Source: Paramecium tetraurelia
Taxonomy: Eukaryota
Direction: 5' to 3'
NCBI GenBank assembly: GCA_000165425.1
Contig: CT868676.1
Span: forward strand, 4,981 to 68,980
DNA: 64,000 nucleotides
Position 1 is the first letter of the stretch, and every line of letters begins with the position of its first letter. A program made the translations under genes and the position numbers. The notes beneath the pieces were generated by a model that saw only the letters and a program-made list of their open reading frames with translations, searched no databases and was not told the origin of the DNA. Below, piece after piece: positions 56,342 through 64,000 of this stretch.

Positions 56342-56426
56342 ATTAATATTAATTTACACTACTGTGATTTCTATTTGTAATTTATAGATCAATAATTCAT
56401 TCTAAAATTAATATTTTAATTGTAAA

Positions 56427-58182
56427 ATGGATAGAAATGGAGAATCAATATTCACATCTAATTTTTGGAGAGAAATCAATGAGTAATTTTTCATGGTTCT
56501 GTCTCCTGTCAACATCTCTGATATTAGAGTGTTCAAAAAGAAATGTAATCATTTTATTCATAAAATAGTTTCTAATTATGTAAACTTAAATTGTCATAAA
56601 TTATTAGATAAACTTCTTCGACATAATAACAGATCTAAATTATCTTAATTCAACTTTATCAACTTAAAATAAAGAATTTCATTGCTCTTTCAAGAAAGCT
56701 AATAACATTCAGAACCCATTTAAAATTTAATTGATGAAATGATAGACCAAATTTGTTTTGCTCATCTTATAGAAGGACTACAGCAGACCTAAGATCTCAT
56801 TAAAAATATGTCCCAATTATCAGAATAACAACAATAAATAATATACAATTAAGAAAATTAAATATTGAGTAATTTACACCAAATGATCGATTGTCAAGAT
56901 GAATTGTCTCAACATATACAATAACTTGAATCATAACTTGAACAACTCGATAATTAGAATTCCATTCAATAGTACAATACTATTCCTAATATAATTAGGC
57001 TTGAACAACATGTCAATGAAATCAACAATTCTCTCCTCTTCACTTATTCTTCTTAAATACTTCATGAGAATTCCCTTAAATTAACCAGAACCAGAATCTA
57101 AAATCACAAAGAAGAACTCTCCGCATTGAAGGACCTAATCATATTGCATGAAGATTACCAAGTGGCAGAAAGCATTGGAAAAGCTACTTTCAACGAATAA
57201 AGTAAATTCAACCAACTTATTTTGTAAAGGTAACACCATTACAGTGATCTTCGATAAATATTTGAGTCAAACTTAAATTGATCTCAACTTGGAACACTTT
57301 GCAAATCTACAAAAATTGAGAGAAGTACCTTACGAATTTCCTGATTAATTGCCTGGACTCAGATCTGATGTAAATGGATTGAATTTATGTAGGATGTATT
57401 CGAAATGCAAATGTGTCATTTTTGTAAGTTGATGGTTGATGTTAAAAATCTGAAATAGTGTTCATATAATCATTATTAGATGGGGTTACATGAATACAAT
57501 GAAGATTTATTAATTTGTTAAAGATATTAAATTAATGCAAAGTCTTAATAATCATATTTTTTAGATCTCTATTCTACAAATTACATCATTGAAAGTACTT
57601 TAAATTTTGACATATTATAGATTAATAGATCCAATGCAAAAGATACTTTTGTTTGAAATGTTTGAAGCATGAGTTCGATTCATATGAAACTACTCAATTT
57701 CTTTGGATTTGCCCCTTATGCAAAGTAAATACTACTTATAATCAACATAGGGATTATGTTCTTGTCTCAGATGTTCTAGAAATGAAATTATTTATAAATT
57801 AAAGAGACAATACTTGGAATTGAATGGTAATTTGGAAGATATTTATTAATCATCATATTTTGAAATACTTGTGAATGAAAAACGAAAGCAAATTAAAAAT
57901 ATTCCTATTGAATTTATTAATTTAATTAAAAACAAACAAGAAAACAATGATGATACCTTAACACCAAAAAGTAATTTGAAACATAAGAGATCAATGACCA
58001 AGGGTATGATGAAGAAGAAAATGAAGAAAAATGATTCAGCTTAGAAATCACATAAACTTACACATATAGAGAGTTCCTCATCATCAGTGAAAATTAAGAA
58101 ATCAAAGGAGATTAAAAAGAGATCTGTGTTTCTTAATAACAATCAAAATGATCCTTCTAATCAATAAATCTTTATCTAATGA
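56427..58182 (+). CDS. Coiled-coil protein with a zf-4CXXC_R1 (CDCA7-type) zinc finger and a basic tail
   Basis: CHFCK..KQC..(insert)..QCKRYFCLKCLK..WICPLCKGLCSCLRC after splicing of three small introns. Confidence 0.8.
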
Positions 58183-58499
58183 TTTTGTTTATGATTAATA
58201 CTCTTTATCTTTATGTTTTTATATATCATAATATTTCAAGATATTGAATTCGAGATTAAAAAGCCATGACCATATTCCACCTGAAAAAACCTTAATTTTA
58301 TTTAATGATTAATTTAATGTTTAATTTATTCAAATACATGTTTAAGCTCTTTACCATTTATTATAAAATAACGAATAATATTATTATGTAATTATATAAT
58401 TTTATCCAAATTTCTATATGACTCATGTTTATTTGTATCATGAGATTGTGTCGTTGTAATTATTGTATTAGAGCGAATTAATAATGTAATTGAATTAAA

Positions 58500-59691
58500 A
58501 TGTTAAATTATGAATTAAATGAGTTTGTTAAGAAAGCATATAAACACAATTTATTGAGTAAAACAATTTAAAATATCCCTCAAAGCTCCATTGATAAGGA
58601 AGTTAAGGATAAGAAATTAAATAGCAAGCGTATCTGTAAGCAAAGATTAAAGTAAAAAGCAATCAAGAAAGGAAACGAAAACAATTGAAAATATTTAGTA
58701 TTAAAAAATTAGTGAAGAGTTTACAGGTAGGAGTAGTTCTAAACTCTCCAGCTCCATCATGATACGACAAGAGAGAAGAAATACATAATCACCTTAGAAA
58801 TTAATGAGAATTTTATCTATTTCCTAAGAGGAAGTGCCTCAATAATTAGCTGATGTATTGGGGGAAATCAGTAGAATTGAATTGGAAACAGATATCAAAT
58901 TAAGATGCAAGACAATCTAGGTTAGAAACATACGGATAAAAAAATAATAATTAGTTAAGTATTTATAAAGGTATTACCCTGATGTTATCTGCGAACAAAT
59001 TGCAAAAGTATTCAAAATACCTCAGATCCTAAGCTTCAATTAATATTAATAATGGATATAGAAAATAGAAAATTTGGATTTAAAATAGTAAATCCGTCTG
59101 TGCTTCTTCGTTTATGATATCAATAACTAATCCGAGATAACCACCAATAATTTAGTTGAACTATTAAAATATAACACCAATCCAGCGATAGAATTGGATA
59201 TCCTCCACATGATTAAATAAACAAAGGCTCAAATATCAAATCAGATAAATAATGATATTAAACAAATGAACTCCTTCACATTGCCCCTTAGTGTTTTGAG
59301 AGTCAAATTAGATCAAAGTGTGGTTCTCTAATAAAGAAGACAATCAGTATTGTCCAATGATGGTAGAGGAAGACTCTTTGGTAAGATCAGTCAGAGAAAC
59401 TCATTTGATTTAAATATGGACGTTGATTAAGATAGCTCAAATCATGCTAAGAACACTCCTACTAAGAAAAAGGTAATGTTGATTACTTAAATTAATAATA
59501 ATAATGAGTAGGATTATGCTTTCTCAGGCATTATATAAAATAATAAATCAGAAAAGAAGAAAAAGAAAAGCAAAATATTAAAGGATGAAAATAAAATTAG
59601 TATAGATTTGAATGGATTTCTTAATATTTGGTTTCCCCAAAAACCAAATCTATTTCATGATCTATTGAGAATTTTAACTGCTAAGCCATGA
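58500..59691 (+). CDS. Hypothetical protein with one degenerate EF-hand
   Basis: QIRLCFFVYDINNQSEITTNNLVELL. A 28-nt intron near 58558-58585 restores the frame. TGA 59689-59691. Confidence 0.65.
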
Positions 59692-59768
59692 TATACATAA
59701 TAAATTTGATTTTGAATAATATCTATATCTGTTTGTTTATTTTAGATACATTAAACTAAAATATATAA

Positions 59769-61046
59769 TCAATTTTTGAATTGTGGCGATTCAGATAAAA
59801 TCATCTTTTTTTAATTATTCAACATGAGCAATTAAGTAAATTAGGATGTTTTATCAGGAATTCTTACTACTTATTAATCCTTCATAATAACCTAATCTTC
59901 ATCAATTGAATTGTTAGTTTCACAAGTTTAAAATAAGGTTTCTTGAGTATATTAATTATTGTTTTAAGTGTATTGGTGAGTAGTGTTGTTGTCCTTCAAC
60001 TCATAAAAGTCTTCCTTATTCTAAAATGAAATAAACAAAGATAAATATGTTTGAAAAGATTATGATAATTACTTACATAACAATTAGTTTTGCTATGTAA
60101 AATTATCATGCAACTTCTAAAACTAATGTATAACCAATTCTTGTTAAGTTAATTATTAAGTGAAAATGGAATGTTCTTAAAATCTCTTCTAATAAATCTG
60201 CATTATTTCATTGAATGGTCCCATTGTCATGTATTCAATGATATTAAACTCATTAGACAATATGTCATCTTCCATTTTCTTTAATGAATCTATAGTTGAT
60301 CGAATCTAATATTGTTCAGCATTTAAGCATTTCTCGATTTATTTAATCATTTCATTCTAATTTAATAAAATATCCAGTACTTTTAATTGAAGCAATGGTT
60401 AAATTGTATTATCAAATATCTTATCTATAGATTACTTTAGGTCTGATATTTTCATATTTTCCAAGCATTCTTTGGTCTCCTAGATTAACTATTTGAACGA
60501 AGTAATTTTCTCTTATCTCATCTCTTTGTCTCTCACTTCCGGACTCAAAGTACTCTAAAATAAATGAGTAACATTACTGTGTAAGTTGATAATGAGATCG
60601 TTTTGGCTTTGGGGGAGGGTTGAGCTGTTTGATTTAACGAATTGCATTGATTTGTGTTCATTCTCTTTTCTTCATTCGCTTATTTTTTATAAGTTTATAA
60701 AATTACATAGGTAATTATTAAAGTTCAGTTTGATGCCGGCATAGCAATTCTATTGAGTTAATATTGGATTTGTTCTATTTTATATTTTCATAAGTGATTT
60801 CAAAATTTAGCCTTGTCTATTAGTATAAATCTAAGTACAATTATGCAATTTTTTATCAGATGGTTATGTGGATGTGATTTTCTTCGGTTAATTGGGAGTT
60901 TGGTTTTAAATTTCATTTAGAAGTGATCTGTTGGAATTCGAATTCTTTTCCAAGGAGACAGTCTTTTTTTTGCTTTTGCTTAAATATGTAGGTCTTTGGT
61001 TATTGTTCAATCGGAGGTTTTCCTTTAGGAGTGGGCTTTTGCGCAT
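59769..61046 (-). CDS. Hypothetical coiled-coil protein
   Basis: ATG 61046 (MRKSPLLKENLRL), small introns, ends SESPQFKN-TGA. Confidence 0.7.
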
Positions 61047-61087
61047 TAATATGTTTTAACAACCTTTTTTATTAATTAAATATGTAA

Positions 61088-62380
61088 ATGGAATTATATA
61101 AAGAGAGGCAATAATCTAATGAAAATTCGAATCAGCTTAAACCTGTGGAAGCATTCTAATCTTTAGTACAATATGTGAATGAATTGACTGATATAGTGAA
61201 TAAGATTAAAGTAAAGAATGAAGCTGAATTCTTAATTGCTTATCAGAATCACATGAAAAAAATCAAAGCTGAATTGAAGGAATTACGAAGTAAAATGGAA
61301 GAACAATTAGGCATTCAAAATTAGAATAATGTGAAAGTAACAAGCAGCGATAACGAATTAGTAATAAACAGTTTAAAAATTTATTAGGTTTATTTTAGAG
61401 AAGAATGTCTGAAGTTATACTAAAAGGTTGAATTGAAAAATAAAGAAGTCTATGAATTAAGGTTTAAATTATCAGAACTGCAGAAATCCAACGAATTCTT
61501 GGAATCATAAATCAAGTCATTAATTAAAAAGGTTAAATTATAGGAAATTGATAAGGAATTATAACCAAACATCCAATTAGATTAAACATTTTGTACTACT
61601 ACTCCTGCTAATTAGCACAGTATGAATATTATTCAGTCTAATAATAGAATTTTAAAAACGAAGGTTAACAGATTATCAATCTAAAGTTGATATGAGCTCA
61701 TCCTTATCTAAACATCATTATTCCTCAATTAAAGAAATGTTTCCAGCAGATGACTTGAATAAGGAAATCGTTAAATATGAGGATATTCTAGATAAAATCA
61801 CTAAGTATTGCATATAATTATTAGATATGTTACCATTATTGAATAAAAATACTAAAATTAAAATAGAATCCTAAATGAAAAAGTTTAGAAACTTCTAATA
61901 TCTTAAAATAAGAAATGTGTAATTAGAAGTGAATTGGAAAACTTTTTTTTAGAGTGTGTAGAAACAGTAAGAAAAGAAGTTTAGAAAAAAAGACCTTTGG
62001 CTAATTTTTAATAATATCAATCTTATTTAGATTCTGTGCAGGATTACTCCTAGTTCTATAAAGAAGATAAAATCAAGATCTTAGAATTAGTAGTTAGCAA
62101 TGAAAAGCTCTTAGTTTTTATCTTCTAGAAGCTATTTCCTAATCACGTTAATTTAGTTCTTTAATCAATAAAAGAGGATACAAATCTAAAAAGCTACTTA
62201 GATCAAAATCTTAAGAACTCCATTCCAAATCATCAAAATACTGAAGAGATTATTAATTTAAATTAACTAGTGACAAATTATAAGGTGGAAGCCTCTAAGA
62301 CGGCAAGAGAAGTTAGATCAGTGTCTTTAAATAAATAATTAGAAGTGAGAAGAGGTAAATTACTATTTAAATAATTTTGA
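61088..62380 (+). CDS. Coiled-coil protein with a weak resemblance to BBOF1/CCDC176-type basal-body proteins
   Basis: EFLIAYQNHMKKIKAEL..ELENFFLECVETVRKEV..EDKIKILELVVSNEKLL. The CDS is well supported but the family call is tentative. Confidence 0.65.
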
Positions 62381-62606
62381 ATTCATGATGTACTTTAACA
62401 ATATTCTATTTTAATTAAGGATTTGGAGTATTTTATATTAATTTTTTTAAATATTTTAATGTTCCTGAAATTCTACAAATTTTATTAGTGTGTTGAGTTA
62501 AATAAAATTAATAAACTTAATTGTTTTCGACTATCTGCTACTCCAATCCTATAGAATATTTTTTTATATTAATATAAATAATAAAATAATAGCTCTTCAA
62601 TTAAAT

Positions 62607-63579
62607 ATGAGTTAGTATTGCATATATGAGGATCATAATGAAGGAACAATTATTGGAGTTTGCACAAAATTAAATTGCAAATATATGGGAGCATCATGCA
62701 GTACTTGTTTGTAATCATTCCATAACAAACATTTTTAAGAGTTTTTTTTAGATTTCAAAGGTTTATTACAAAATTGGTAATAGAAAATTAAAACTTATTG
62801 TAAATTAAAAAGTCTTTAATAGCAATTTAATAGACTTAATATTGATTTAGATGATATGATTGTTAGATTCAACATAGAAGTACAAGAATAAAACTTTGAA
62901 CATTATACACTATAAGAATTAAAAGCATTAACCCAAAAATTAGCATATCTAGGTTTAATAGAACAATATATAAATCCCTTAGAAGATTTAATTTAACGAA
63001 TGCATGCTTAAATCAAGTCTGTGAAAGATTTATCTCTCATTTAATTACGATTCTCTAACGAACTCAAGTCTGATAATATTGTTCTTAACATTCAAGGAAG
63101 TATTGCATCTACTTCTGATGAACACTTAGGCTTAGTTTTATGCGAAACTGGGGTTAATAAGGATTCGTAAGTGTAAGAATTTACTTTTAAGATTTTGAAA
63201 ATGGATTGGATGGCAATAGGAATTGGTCACAAAGATCATATCCAATGCAATAAAAAAAAATTTGATATTTGGGAGAATTCTTAGCACGGGTAGAAATTAT
63301 AAATATCTAAGATGCTACCTTATCGATTCAATTGGAAAAGTATTCTCTCCTGGAGATAATAATAATAAGAAAAACAATTTTAGTTTAAAAATAAATGATA
63401 TTATAACAGTTAAGGTAGATAAAACTAACAAAAATGTCTTATGGACAGATTAAAACAAGTAATAATTATCGGTAAAATTTGTGGAATAATCTTAGATAAT
63501 GGAATTTGATGTTAGTTAATGTATCTGTCCTGTGGTTTGTCTTCGCAAGTCTGAGGTATAAGTTATTTGTTAATCTTGA
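62607..63579 (+). CDS. Protein with a zinc-binding (B-box-like) N-terminus, coiled coil and SPRY/B30.2-like domain
   Basis: C..EDH..IIGVC..C..C..C...H..H, heptads, then FTFKILKMDWMAIGIG..HGCYLIDSIG..NDIITVKVD..ICPVVCL. Confidence 0.75.
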
Positions 63580-63826
63580 ATCAGAATTTATTTCATATCA
63601 AATTAATAAAGAAATAATTTTATTCTTCATTCTAATATATCTACTGGTTTTGATATCTGATATAAAATTGATCGTTAATAATAATAAAATTACAGTCTTC
63701 CTAAATAAGACATATGAAGAACGAGTTGAAGCAAAATAATAATTTGTAAATTGAAATAATTAATATTGTTAATATATTAATTATTAATGGTTATTATATT
63801 TATATATTAACGACTTGTCACTAATT

Positions 63827-64000
63827 TCAAAATAAAATTTGTTAATTTGATTCCTCTTAATACGAGTTTTAGCTTTGTTTTTTCGGTTGGACCAAAGCTT
63901 TATAGTGTTCTTGCACTAATATTTTGTATTTTTGTTTTTTTTGTTTTTTCCTCTTAAAGCTATTGCGAGCATTTATGAACCAATTTAATATCTTAATTAA
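63827..64000 (-). CDS. 3' end of a homeobox gene, probably TALE/KN class
   Basis: ILNWFINARNSFKRKK is the helix-3 WFINAR signature. The frame closes at TGA 63827 and the 5' part lies outside the window. Confidence 0.75.

Overview
AT-rich, very gene-dense eukaryotic DNA, almost certainly ciliate macronuclear DNA of the Paramecium type. Long reading frames appear only when TAA/TAG are read as Gln and TGA is the sole stop (genetic code 6). Genes are split by tiny GT-AG introns (about 20-37 nt) and often lie under 60 bp apart. The supplied ORF track treats TAA/TAG as stops, so it shows only exon fragments and antisense artefacts. Reading by hand gave about 40 protein-coding genes and 4 probable decayed genes. 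Recognisable products: two MFS transporters, SF-assemblin, two trichocyst-matrix-type precursors, a CFAP97-like protein, a large PAS-domain membrane protein, an STPG/ODF3-repeat protein, a CDPK, UPRT, a two-repeat Myb, a PX/sorting-nexin protein, a CNBD K+ channel, a C2HC zinc-finger protein, a NEK kinase, a TTC9-like TPR protein, a TRIM-like zinc/coiled-coil/SPRY protein and the 3' end of a TALE homeobox gene. The most unusual items are a Ulp1/SENP-fold protein lacking the whole catalytic triad, a pseudokinase, a zf-4CXXC_R1 (CDCA7-type) zinc finger, a bacterial-like DUF1648 membrane protein and head-to-head gene pairs with start codons 24-41 bp apart. I saw no rRNA, tRNA, CRISPR array or transposon. 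All family calls come from motif recognition by eye, not database searches, and CDS coordinates span introns.
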